Shown here: positions 29,470 through 38,067 of the stretch, piece after piece
Layout of the letters: each line of letters opens with the position of its first letter
How positions within the stretch are numbered: position 1 is the first letter of the stretch
Assembly (NCBI GenBank): GCA_040385225.1
Contig: JAZKHU010000006.1
Location: 60,554 to 124,553 of the forward strand
Length of the DNA stretch: 64,000 nt
Origin: Pseudomonadota bacterium
GTDB lineage: Bacteria > Pseudomonadota > Gammaproteobacteria > Pseudomonadales > Moraxellaceae
Direction of reading: 5' to 3'
Made by a program: the position numbers and the translations under genes
Notes under the pieces: generated by a model
What the model was told of the DNA's origin: nothing
The model's database searches: none
Seen by the model: the letters and a program-made list of their open reading frames with translations, nothing else

Positions 29470-30191
29470 GATGCCGGTTTGGTCAGTATGTATTGTTCTG
29501 TGCCACGGTCGGAGACGGTGCTGATGTTCAGAGGCAGCATCACATTGCGGTCCGGCAGATTCACGGCCTGTGTCTGACCGGGCAGTATATAGAGCAGTCG
29601 TGGGCCATCCATGAGCACTCGCTGCATGGCATCTGTGACTTTCAAGCGGCTGATGCGCTCATGGCGATTGCCGGTGTTTTGCAGGCTCAGGATGCTGCCA
29701 TCGTCGGCGGATTGCCATTGCCAGCTCACGGCATTGATTTCCGTGCTGCTAGGCTGTGCAAACAAGGGCACGCTCAAGCGCAGCGTGACCCTCAGCCCGG
29801 AGTTGGTGTCGGTGCCATCTGGAACCTCTTGCAGAAATACGCGGAAAGCCAGCTCATTATCCGGTGTAGCGGTCTGCTGTTGCCAGCCGATGCGTACCAG
29901 TTGTTTGCCGCCGGGCGCGAGCTTGAACAGGGGCGGGCTCAGCATCATGCCTCCGCTGTTGCCAGGAGCATATGGTTTGTCGCTGTCGAGCCATGCTTGT
30001 ACCTGACCCTGAACCAGCACCGGGGTCTTGCCGGTATTGGAGACAGTCAGTGCTGTCATTTGCTGGCCCGGCTTCATATTCAGACGTAGCGGGCTGACTG
30101 CAATGCTGGCTGCCTGTGCCGGCAGGACGAGTCCGGTCAGCAGAGCAGTGACAAGTAACATGCGCGCAGCGTACAGACTGTCGATACTCAT
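29466..30191 (-). CDS. Periplasmic pilus chaperone (PapD-like, CsuC-type)
   Basis: 241 aa. Signal peptide ...LVLPAQA, then IAVSPLRLNMKPGQQMTALTVSNTG..., the typical chaperone first strand pattern. Confidence 0.8.
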   Translation of the reverse strand: MSIDSLYAARMLLVTALLTGLVLPAQAASIAVSPLRLNMKPGQQMTALTVSNTGKTPVLVQGQVQAWLDSDKPYAPGNSGGMMLSPPLFKLAPGGKQLVRIGWQQQTATPDNELAFRVFLQEVPDGTDTNSGLRVTLRLSVPLFAQPSSTEINAVSWQWQSADDGSILSLQNTGNRHERISRLKVTDAMQRVLMDGPRLLYILPGQTQAVNLPDRNVMLPLNISTVSDRGTEQYILTKPAS

Positions 30192-30199
30192 GATCGGTC

Positions 30200-30691
30200 T
30201 CAGAATGTGACTGTCATGGTCAGTGTGTCTGAGTAGCTGCCGGCTGTTACGGTCTGATTGGCGGCGATCGAGCCATAAATGGTCGTTGGTACGGCAACAC
30301 CTAGGCCGGTTCCGGTAATCCCGGTGCCGACACTGTCTCCCCAGGTCGCACCTGCCAGTGTATTGGACAGTGTGTAGTTGAGATTATCGGTCAGGGTAGC
30401 GTGCTTCATTTTACGTGTGCTGGCACTGCTGCCGTAAAGGCCGTCATTGATGTGCAGGGTGTAGGAGGAGCCGAGGCTGCAGGTGACATTGACGGATGTT
30501 GTGCCTAGCGATGGCACACTAAAGCTGTAGTCGCCAAAAGCGAGGTCGCTGATACTGGACAATGTGCAGGCATTTACCACCGTTGCTGTGACGTTGAAGT
30601 TCTGTGTTGCGATGGCTGCATTTGCCGCTTGCGAAAGCAGCAGCGAGGCCGCAATCAGCGAGCAGGTGATTTTTTGCATTAAGGCTTTCAT
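30200..30691 (-). CDS. SCPU-domain major pilin (CsuA/B-like)
   Basis: 163 aa. Signal peptide ...SQAANA, Cys pair (NACTLSS...NVTCSL), C-terminal GSYSDTLTMTVTF. Confidence 0.8.
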   Translation of the reverse strand: MKALMQKITCSLIAASLLLSQAANAAIATQNFNVTATVVNACTLSSISDLAFGDYSFSVPSLGTTSVNVTCSLGSSYTLHINDGLYGSSASTRKMKHATLTDNLNYTLSNTLAGATWGDSVGTGITGTGLGVAVPTTIYGSIAANQTVTAGSYSDTLTMTVTF

Positions 30692-30862
30692 GTCGGCATC
30701 TCGGAGATGATGGGTGCGTAATCATCATTGATCTTGATTTGGCTGATAGCAGTCATGTCTCGTGGCCTGGGTGTTTGTTTTTTGTTCTATAAGGCCTGGT
30801 TTGCGGGGGTTGAGTAAGTGTGAGTGGCATTGCGGTATCTGGCCTGGAGGTCATTATTAGAC

Positions 30863-30891
30863 TTGCAAGCCGGGATACTTTTCCCTATCAT
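30863..30891 (+). promoter_or_regulatory. Candidate sigma70 promoter of rplU-rpmA
   Basis: TTGCAA (30863-30868) - 17 nt - TATCAT (30886-30891), about 100 nt upstream of the rplU ATG. Confidence 0.6.
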
Positions 30892-30995
30892 CACGCGCCT
30901 TGCGAATTTTCTCGGTCCCGGGTTCTTCCAACTGCATCAATCGCTCATCCGAGCCAGATGCGACCCGCCCCGATTGATGCTTGATGGAGCAGTGT

Positions 30996-31307
30996 ATGTA
31001 CGCAGTTATTAAGAGCGGTGGTAAGCAACACCGTGTGGTGGAAGGCGAGCGTCTGAAGGTTGAACTTCTCGCTGTCGAGCCGGGCCAGGTCATCACCTTT
31101 GATGACGTTCTGATGGTCGTCAATGGCGACAACATCCAGGTCGGTACGCCGGTCGTTGCCGGTGCTAAGGTCACAGCCGAAGTGCTGGATCACGGTCGTC
31201 ACGACAAGATTCGTATCGTCAAGTTCCGCCGTCGCAAGCACTACCGTCGTCAGGCGGGTCACCGTCAGTACTACACTGAACTGAAAATCACGAGCATCAG
31301 CGTCTAA
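30996..31307 (+). CDS. rplU: 50S ribosomal protein L21
   Basis: [23 protein letters not shown]... is the canonical L21 N-terminus. Start trimmed to ATG 30996. Confidence 0.97.
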   Translation: MYAVIKSGGKQHRVVEGERLKVELLAVEPGQVITFDDVLMVVNGDNIQVGTPVVAGAKVTAEVLDHGRHDKIRIVKFRRRKHYRRQAGHRQYYTELKITSISV

Positions 31308-31337
31308 CGGCGTTTTGAGCAGAGAGAGAATAGAGAC

Positions 31338-31604
31338 ATGGCACATAAAAAAGCTGGCGGTTCTACCCGCAACGGTCGCGACTCAGAAGCCAAACGACTT
31401 GGCACGAAAGTCTACGGCGGCCAAACCATTCAAGCTGGCGCGATCATCATCCGTCAGCGTGGCACGCAGTTCTGGGCTGGCGAAAACGTCGGCATGGGCC
31501 GCGACCACACACTGTTTGCCAAGGCGCACGGTGTGGTTCGATTCGTCGTCAAAGGCGCATTCAACCGCAAGTACGTCGAAGTGGTTGCCAACACCACTGT
31601 CTGA
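31338..31604 (+). CDS. rpmA: 50S ribosomal protein L27
   Basis: [22 protein letters not shown]... is the canonical L27 N-terminus. Confidence 0.97.
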   Translation: MAHKKAGGSTRNGRDSEAKRLGTKVYGGQTIQAGAIIIRQRGTQFWAGENVGMGRDHTLFAKAHGVVRFVVKGAFNRKYVEVVANTTV

Positions 31605-31665
31605 GCTCAGGCTCGCGGTGCGTTGACAACCCTCGGTTGAGCTCTAGGCTCGATTGAGACACAGA

Positions 31666-31695
31666 AAGGCCCCGCCCCAATGCGGGGCTTTTTTG
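31666..31695 (+). terminator. Rho-independent terminator/attenuator after rpmA
   Basis: gccccgc-cccaat-gcggggc followed by tttttt. Confidence 0.7.
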
Positions 31696-31701
31696 TTTTA
31701 G

Positions 31702-32958
<1,257 letters not shown>

Positions 32959-33082
32959 GCGGTGTTGATGGCGCAAGCCGGTCTGGTGCGCGAGCAGGCT
33001 TGAGCCGGCGCGCTCCAGGCCGCACAATCGCTGCCTCACACTCGATTTGTTTCTCAGAAACACGCTTCCGGGATTTCGCATC

Positions 33083-34207
33083 ATGTCTTTGCACCGCACG
33101 CGCCTCCGCCATGCTCGCCGCTGGGTCGTCAAAATCGGCTCGGCCTTGCTTACCGACAATGGTCAGGGTCTGGATCAGGCCGCCATGGCGGCGTGGGTGG
33201 CGCAGATGGTGGCGCTGAAGGCGCGCGGCATCGAGCTGATTCTGGTGTCGTCGGGCGCGGTCGCCGAGGGCATGGTGCGCATGGGCCTGAGTCATCGTCC
33301 TGAATCCGTGCCGGCCTTGCAAGCTTGTGCTGCCATCGGCCAGATGGGCTTGGTGCAGGCATACGAATCACACTTCCGCGAGCATGGCGTGCGTACCGCC
33401 CAGGTGCTGCTCACGCACGATGACCTCGCTGATCGCAAACGCTATCTCAACGCCCGCAGCACGCTGCGCACGCTCATGGACTGGGGCGTGCTCGCCGTCA
33501 TCAACGAAAACGACACCGTCGCCACCGACGAAATTCGCTTTGGCGACAACGACACGCTAGGCGCGCTGGTGGCCAATCTGGTCGAGGCCGAGGCGCTGAT
33601 CATCCTCACCGATCAGGAAGGCATGTTCGACCGCGACCCGCGCAATGACCCCGATGCCGTGCTGCTGCCGGAAGTGCAAGCCATGGACGAGCGTCTGCTG
33701 GCGATGGCTGGTGGCGGCGGCAAGTTCGGTCGCGGTGGCATGGTGACGAAAGTCCGCGCGGCGCGACTGGCGGCGCGCTCGGGCTGTGCCACGGTCATCG
33801 CCAGTGGTCGTGGTGCTGATGTACTGACGCGCATTGCCGATGGCGATGTGCTGGGCACGCTGCTGCTGCCCGAGCAGGACCGGCTGGCAGCGCGCAAGCA
33901 GTGGCTGGCCGGGCATCTGCAGCATGCCGGTCGTCTGCTGCTCGATGCCGGTGCCGTGAAGGCGCTGCAAAGTGGTGGCCGCAGCCTGTTGCCGGTCGGT
34001 GTGCGTGAAGTGCAGGGCACTTTTTCGCGCGGTGAGGTCGTGGCTTGCGTCGATGAGCAGGGCCGGCAAGTCGCTGTGGGCATGGTCAACTACAGCAGCG
34101 AAGAGGCTGGCCGCATTGCGGGTCAGGCCTCCGAGCGCATCGAAAGTCTGCTCGGCTATATCGATGCGCCCGAGCTGATTCATCGCGACAACATGGTTGT
34201 AGTCTAG
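33083..34207 (+). CDS. proB: Glutamate 5-kinase
   Basis: ...[13 protein letters not shown]..., an amino-acid kinase fold and a C-terminal PUA-like segment. Start trimmed to ATG 33083. Confidence 0.93.
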   Translation: MSLHRTRLRHARRWVVKIGSALLTDNGQGLDQAAMAAWVAQMVALKARGIELILVSSGAVAEGMVRMGLSHRPESVPALQACAAIGQMGLVQAYESHFREHGVRTAQVLLTHDDLADRKRYLNARSTLRTLMDWGVLAVINENDTVATDEIRFGDNDTLGALVANLVEAEALIILTDQEGMFDRDPRNDPDAVLLPEVQAMDERLLAMAGGGGKFGRGGMVTKVRAARLAARSGCATVIASGRGADVLTRIADGDVLGTLLLPEQDRLAARKQWLAGHLQHAGRLLLDAGAVKALQSGGRSLLPVGVREVQGTFSRGEVVACVDEQGRQVAVGMVNYSSEEAGRIAGQASERIESLLGYIDAPELIHRDNMVVV

Positions 34208-34210
34208 TCC

Positions 34211-35122
34211 GTGGTCGGTCAGCGCGGACGCGTCCTGCTGGCGCTGACATCGCTCTATCTGGTCTGGGGCTCGACCTATCTCGCCATGCGCTGGGCCATC
34301 GAAGGCATGGCTCCGCTGTTCATGGCAGGCGTGCGCTATGTCGTTGCCGGTGGCATCATTTACGGATTTCTCGCGCTGCGCGGGCATGCTCGCCCGACCC
34401 CAAGGCAATGGCGCAATGCCGGCTTTGTCGGCACGCTGCTGCTGGTCGGCGGTAACGGTGGTGTCGGGTTGGCGATGGAGGCGGGCGTGAACTCCGCACT
34501 GTCGGCCACGGTGGTGGCGCTGACGCCGCTTTGTGCCGCCCTGTTCTCACGTATTTGGGGTCAGCGCACCACGGCGCGTGAATGGCTGGGCCTGCTGCTC
34601 GGCGTGCTCGGTATTGTCCTGCTCAAGCAGGGCGATGGCCTGGCCGGATCTGTCTTTGGGTTTGCCGTACTGATTTTTGCTGCGCTGATCTGGTCGTTCG
34701 GTTCCATGTGGGGCAAGCATCACGAACAGCCCGATGTCTGGATGGCCAGCGCCGTGCAGATGCTGATTGGCGGCGTGGCCTTGCTCGCGGTGAGCCTGCT
34801 GCGCGGCGAAGCCTGGGGCTTGCCGGCCTCGGCGCAGAGTTTCTGGGCGCTGATCTACCTGATCTTCATCGGTGCCATCGTCGGCTTTTCGTCGTATGTC
34901 TATCTGCTCGCCACCGTGCGGCCGGCGCTGGCGACCAGCTATGCCTATGTCAATCCGGTGGTGGCTGTCGCGCTCGGCGTCTGGCTCGGTGGTGAAACGG
35001 TGGATGCCGCCGAGCTCTGGGGGCTGGCGGTGATTCTGTTCGGCGTGCTGCTGGTGTGCTGGCCGGTGGCCACGCCTCATCAGCCCGATACGCGACGTTC
35101 GGTCGGGCGGGATGCATCATGA
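34211..35122 (+). CDS. EamA/DMT-family transporter (YedA-like)
   Basis: 303 aa with about 10 TM helices. ...LYLVWGSTYLAMRWAIE... is an EamA repeat pattern. GTG start 3 nt after the proB stop. Confidence 0.8.
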   Translation: MVGQRGRVLLALTSLYLVWGSTYLAMRWAIEGMAPLFMAGVRYVVAGGIIYGFLALRGHARPTPRQWRNAGFVGTLLLVGGNGGVGLAMEAGVNSALSATVVALTPLCAALFSRIWGQRTTAREWLGLLLGVLGIVLLKQGDGLAGSVFGFAVLIFAALIWSFGSMWGKHHEQPDVWMASAVQMLIGGVALLAVSLLRGEAWGLPASAQSFWALIYLIFIGAIVGFSSYVYLLATVRPALATSYAYVNPVVAVALGVWLGGETVDAAELWGLAVILFGVLLVCWPVATPHQPDTRRSVGRDAS

Positions 35123-35820
35123 CGACGCGCCAGCTCGTCGTGCTTCTGCTCGCCATACTGCTGGCCGCGATGTGCGGTGGCGGCATCGCTGGCTGGTGGC
35201 TGTTTCAGCATGTCGATGCCCGCGTTCAGCTTAGTCAGCAACCCGCCGTGGTTTCCCTGCCCGAGCCTTTGCGTGTGACTGCCGATGTGCTCAATGTCCT
35301 TGATGTCCGCATTGATGGCGATATTGCCGCGCGCGTGCCCATCGATCAGCTCATCACCGTGCAGCTGAATGACACTCTGCATGTCACCGCCTCGGTCGAT
35401 AGCGAAGTGCCTATCCGCATGACCGTGCCTGTGCGTGAGCAAGTACCCGTCGATCAGATTGTCCATGTCGATACCACCGTGCAGGTTCGCGTGCTTGGCC
35501 GCGACCTGACGTTGCCCGTGCGCGGCGATGTGCCGATCAAGGCCATCATTCCGGTCAGTCTCGACATTCCCGTGGATCAGCGCGTGCGCGTGAAGTTCAG
35601 CACCCCGGCCGATGTCCGCATTGCCCAGCCCCTGCGCGTGCCGCTGAAGGCCGAGATCGCTGCTGTCGTGCCCGTACACAGCCAGCTGCGGGTGCCGGTG
35701 CAGTCGGCACTGCAGGCGACAGTCCAGGTCCATGGTCCGGTGCGCGCCATCATCGAGCAGGCTGATCTGCGCTTGCCGCTGCGCAATCTGGCGCTAGATG
35801 TGAAGCGCGCACAGCCATGA
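35119..35820 (+). CDS. Uncharacterised membrane-anchored protein, paralog A (N-terminal TM helix plus about 200 aa with recurring VPV/VPI/LPV motifs)
   Basis: Start ATG 35119 overlaps the EamA stop (ATGA). TM helix LVVLLLAILLAAMCGGGIAGWWLF. The body shows [VIL]P[VIL] every 8-13 residues and the C-terminus is IIEQADLRLPLRNLAL. No family recognised. Confidence 0.6.
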   Translation: MTTRQLVVLLLAILLAAMCGGGIAGWWLFQHVDARVQLSQQPAVVSLPEPLRVTADVLNVLDVRIDGDIAARVPIDQLITVQLNDTLHVTASVDSEVPIRMTVPVREQVPVDQIVHVDTTVQVRVLGRDLTLPVRGDVPIKAIIPVSLDIPVDQRVRVKFSTPADVRIAQPLRVPLKAEIAAVVPVHSQLRVPVQSALQATVQVHGPVRAIIEQADLRLPLRNLALDVKRAQP

Positions 35821-36521
35821 CGCTGACGCCACGGCAGGTCATCGGCCTGTCGCTCATGGTCGTACTGACCTGCCTGCTCGGCGGCGGTCTCGGTGTATTG
35901 ATCTACCTGCGCTTGGTCGTCGACCTCGATGTCAGCCAGCAGCGCATCTCGCTCAGGCTGCCCGATGGCCTGCGCGCGCAGGCGGATATCAAGGATCCGG
36001 TGCCGGTCAGGATTGATGGCATGGTCAGTGCCAGCGTTCCTATCAACCAGACATTTCAGCTGCCGCTGCGCGGAAGCTATGTCGCGCAAGTGGCTTTCAA
36101 TGCCGACATCCCGCTGAAAACCAGCGTCACCTATAAAGGCAGCATTCCGATCCGGGCCTTTGCTGACTTGCGCGGCAGCACCGCGCTGGTGGTGGACTCG
36201 CGCTTTTTGCCGAAATTCGACCTGATGGCGCGTGTGCCGCTGAACTTCGATTTGCCGGTGACGCTGACGGTACCCATTGATACCCGCATTGCCCTGGCCT
36301 ATCGCGGGCCATTGAGTTTTACGCTGAACCAGAATTTGGCACTGCCGATACGCACCGTGGTGCATGTCCGATTTCCGTTGCATCGCGATGCACAAGCGCC
36401 GGTGCTGGCGCGCATCGGCTTGCAGGTGCATGCACCGACGGCGGCTATCCCGCTGGTGATTGAACAGGCCACGCTGCGCCTGCCGTTGTCGCAGATGTCG
36501 CTGCAGCGCAGTGCACCCTGA
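35817..36521 (+). CDS. Uncharacterised membrane-anchored protein, paralog B
   Basis: ATGA overlap with paralog A and the same architecture. Alignable blocks are DVSQQRISLRLPDGLRAQADI..VPVRIDGMVSASVPINQ against QLSQQPAVVSLPEPLRVTADV..LDVRIDGDIAARVPIDQ, and the C-terminus VIEQATLRLPLSQMSL against IIEQADLRLPLRNLAL. Confidence 0.6.
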   Translation: MTLTPRQVIGLSLMVVLTCLLGGGLGVLIYLRLVVDLDVSQQRISLRLPDGLRAQADIKDPVPVRIDGMVSASVPINQTFQLPLRGSYVAQVAFNADIPLKTSVTYKGSIPIRAFADLRGSTALVVDSRFLPKFDLMARVPLNFDLPVTLTVPIDTRIALAYRGPLSFTLNQNLALPIRTVVHVRFPLHRDAQAPVLARIGLQVHAPTAAIPLVIEQATLRLPLSQMSLQRSAP

Positions 36522-36544
36522 TGCCGTCCGATCATGGCGGAATT

Positions 36545-36558
36545 TGATCCAGATCAAT
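36545..36558 (+). promoter_or_regulatory. Perfect FNR/ANR box TTGAT-CCAG-ATCAA
   Basis: Exact match to the TTGAT-N4-ATCAA consensus. With TGTCAT (36581-36586) as the -10 element, the site is centred at -41.5 (class II geometry). It lies 59 nt upstream of the small ORF ATG. Confidence 0.65.
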
Positions 36559-36616
36559 AAAGCTGATGCGTGATCATGATGTCATGGCCTTATCAATCGT
36601 GATGAGGAGAGATGTC

Positions 36617-36814
36617 ATGTGGATCGAACTGTTGGCTAGCTGGAGCGGCTTCTTGTCGTTTGTCGTGATCCTGCTGTCAGCCGTGGCTATTCCGTTTGGC
36701 GTGATGTGGGCATTGATGCGCAAGGTCAAAGGGCCGATCGAGCTTTCGCACGAGCCTAAAGCATCGGCGCCCGTGCATCATTCCGAATGGCACAACCAGC
36801 GCTACGAGCACTGA
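36617..36814 (+). CDS. Small membrane protein (65 aa) with a His-rich tail
   Basis: GAGGAGA (36604-36610) sits 6 nt before ATG 36617. Sequence is MWIELLASWSGFLSFVVILLSAVAIPFGVMWAL (TM) followed by ...APVHHSEWHNQRYEH. The 3' end overlaps the fnr 3' end by 13 nt. Confidence 0.55.
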   Translation: MWIELLASWSGFLSFVVILLSAVAIPFGVMWALMRKVKGPIELSHEPKASAPVHHSEWHNQRYEH

Positions 36815-37554
36815 CGCTGCAGGTGCTCATTGATTCCGGCCTGATCCAGTAGTGTGATCTGGCGTCCAGCCACTTCAATCATGCCGTCGGCTTGCAGGCG
36901 ATGTAGCGAGCGGCTGACCGTCTCCAGGGCCAGACCAAGATAGTTGGCCAGATCTTCCCGTGTCATGGTCAGGCGCAAGGCATCCGCCGACAGTCGCCGG
37001 CGTGTCTGTCGCGCAGACCAGCTCAGCAGAAAGCTCACCAGCCGTTCTTCGGCACTGGTCTGGCTGAGCATATGCATGCGCTGGTAATCAGCGCGAATTT
37101 CGGTGCTCATGATCTGGAACAGATGGCTTTGCAGCTCAGGCAGTTGCTGCGAGAGCTTGCTCATGGCGTGCACCGGCAGTTCGCAAAGCCCTGCTTTTTC
37201 GGTGGCGATGGCTGTGCTGGCACAGTGCGACTGCGCCAGGTTGTCGAGCCCGATGACTTCGCCCGGCAAATAGAAGCCGGTGACCTGTGTTGTGCCATCG
37301 GCTTGCGTCATGACGGTTTTCAGTGCGCCCGAGCGTACGGCGTAGATGGCGTTTGAGCTGTCGCCCTGGCGATAGATGCTTTCGCCTTTGTTCAAGACTT
37401 TCTGTGCATTGATCAGGTTGCCGAGTTGCTCCAGCGCTGCCGGCTCGAAGCTGGGTGGGAAGCAGATCTTGTGCAGACCGCAGTCGATGCAGCGCGATGT
37501 CGGCAGGGGGCTGGTCATGATGTCTTTCCGCAGAGTGCGATCAATCTCGAGCAT
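36802..37554 (-). CDS. fnr: FNR/ANR-type oxygen-sensing Crp-family regulator
   Basis: N-terminal Cys cluster C-x2-C-x5-C (RCIDCGLHKIC) plus an internal Cys (SHCAS), a cNMP-binding fold (YAVRSGALKT...ITGFYLPGEVIG) and a C-terminal HTH (TREDLANYLGLALETVSRSL). Start is uncertain (ATG 37554 or 37518). The longest ORF start at 37605 would include the rpsT terminator. Confidence 0.85.
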   Translation of the reverse strand: MLEIDRTLRKDIMTSPLPTSRCIDCGLHKICFPPSFEPAALEQLGNLINAQKVLNKGESIYRQGDSSNAIYAVRSGALKTVMTQADGTTQVTGFYLPGEVIGLDNLAQSHCASTAIATEKAGLCELPVHAMSKLSQQLPELQSHLFQIMSTEIRADYQRMHMLSQTSAEERLVSFLLSWSARQTRRRLSADALRLTMTREDLANYLGLALETVSRSLHRLQADGMIEVAGRQITLLDQAGINEHLQRQCS

Positions 37555-37566
37555 AACAGCGCCCAT

Positions 37567-37597
37567 AAAAAAACCGGCCCCAAGGGACCGGTTTTTT
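37567..37597 (-). terminator. Rho-independent terminator of rpsT
   Basis: Plus strand reads aaaaaaa-ccggcccc-aa-gggaccgg-tttttt. On the minus strand the hairpin is followed by a 7-T run. Confidence 0.65.
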
Positions 37598-37638
37598 CTA
37601 TCCACAAGCCGTGCCGTCAGGCACAGCGAGCGCAGAGC

Positions 37639-37902
37639 TTAGGCGAGGGCCTTGACCTGTGCGTTCAAGCGGCTCTTGTGACGAGCTGCCTTGTTCTTGT
37701 GGATGATGCCCTTGTCGGCAATACGATCAATGATCGGCACGGCAACCGTGTAGGCGGCTTGCGCTACAGCCTTGTCGCCGGAGGCGATGGCGTTTACGAC
37801 TTTCTTGATGTAGGTACGCACCATGGAGCGCAGGCTCGCATTGTGCAGGCGCTGCTTGTCGTTTTGACGAGCGCGCTTCTTGGCTTGTGCAGAGTTGGCC
37901 AC
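37639..37902 (-). CDS. rpsT: 30S ribosomal protein S20
   Basis: [35 protein letters not shown]... is the canonical S20 N-terminus. Confidence 0.97.
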   Translation of the reverse strand: MANSAQAKKRARQNDKQRLHNASLRSMVRTYIKKVVNAIASGDKAVAQAAYTVAVPIIDRIADKGIIHKNKAARHKSRLNAQVKALA

Positions 37903-38067
37903 AGGGCGACTCCTAAATAAATCGGTGAATAAAGTGTCTCAAATATGCGGGTTTGCATATCTAAAATCAGGCGCGTAATGATGCCGATGCAATCGCCCTA
38001 AGTCAACTACTTAGGTGGCGATACTGGGGCGGCTGGGCTAACATCACGCCGCGCATCAGGAGTCATC

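Noticed and set aside
35080-36557. 217-aa and 326-aa minus-strand ORFs opposite the paralog A/B genes
   Set aside because: Considered because the plus-strand genes are of unknown function. The plus-strand ORFs have ATGA coupling, N-terminal TM helices and mutual paralogy, while the antisense translations are His/Arg/Gln-rich with no structure.
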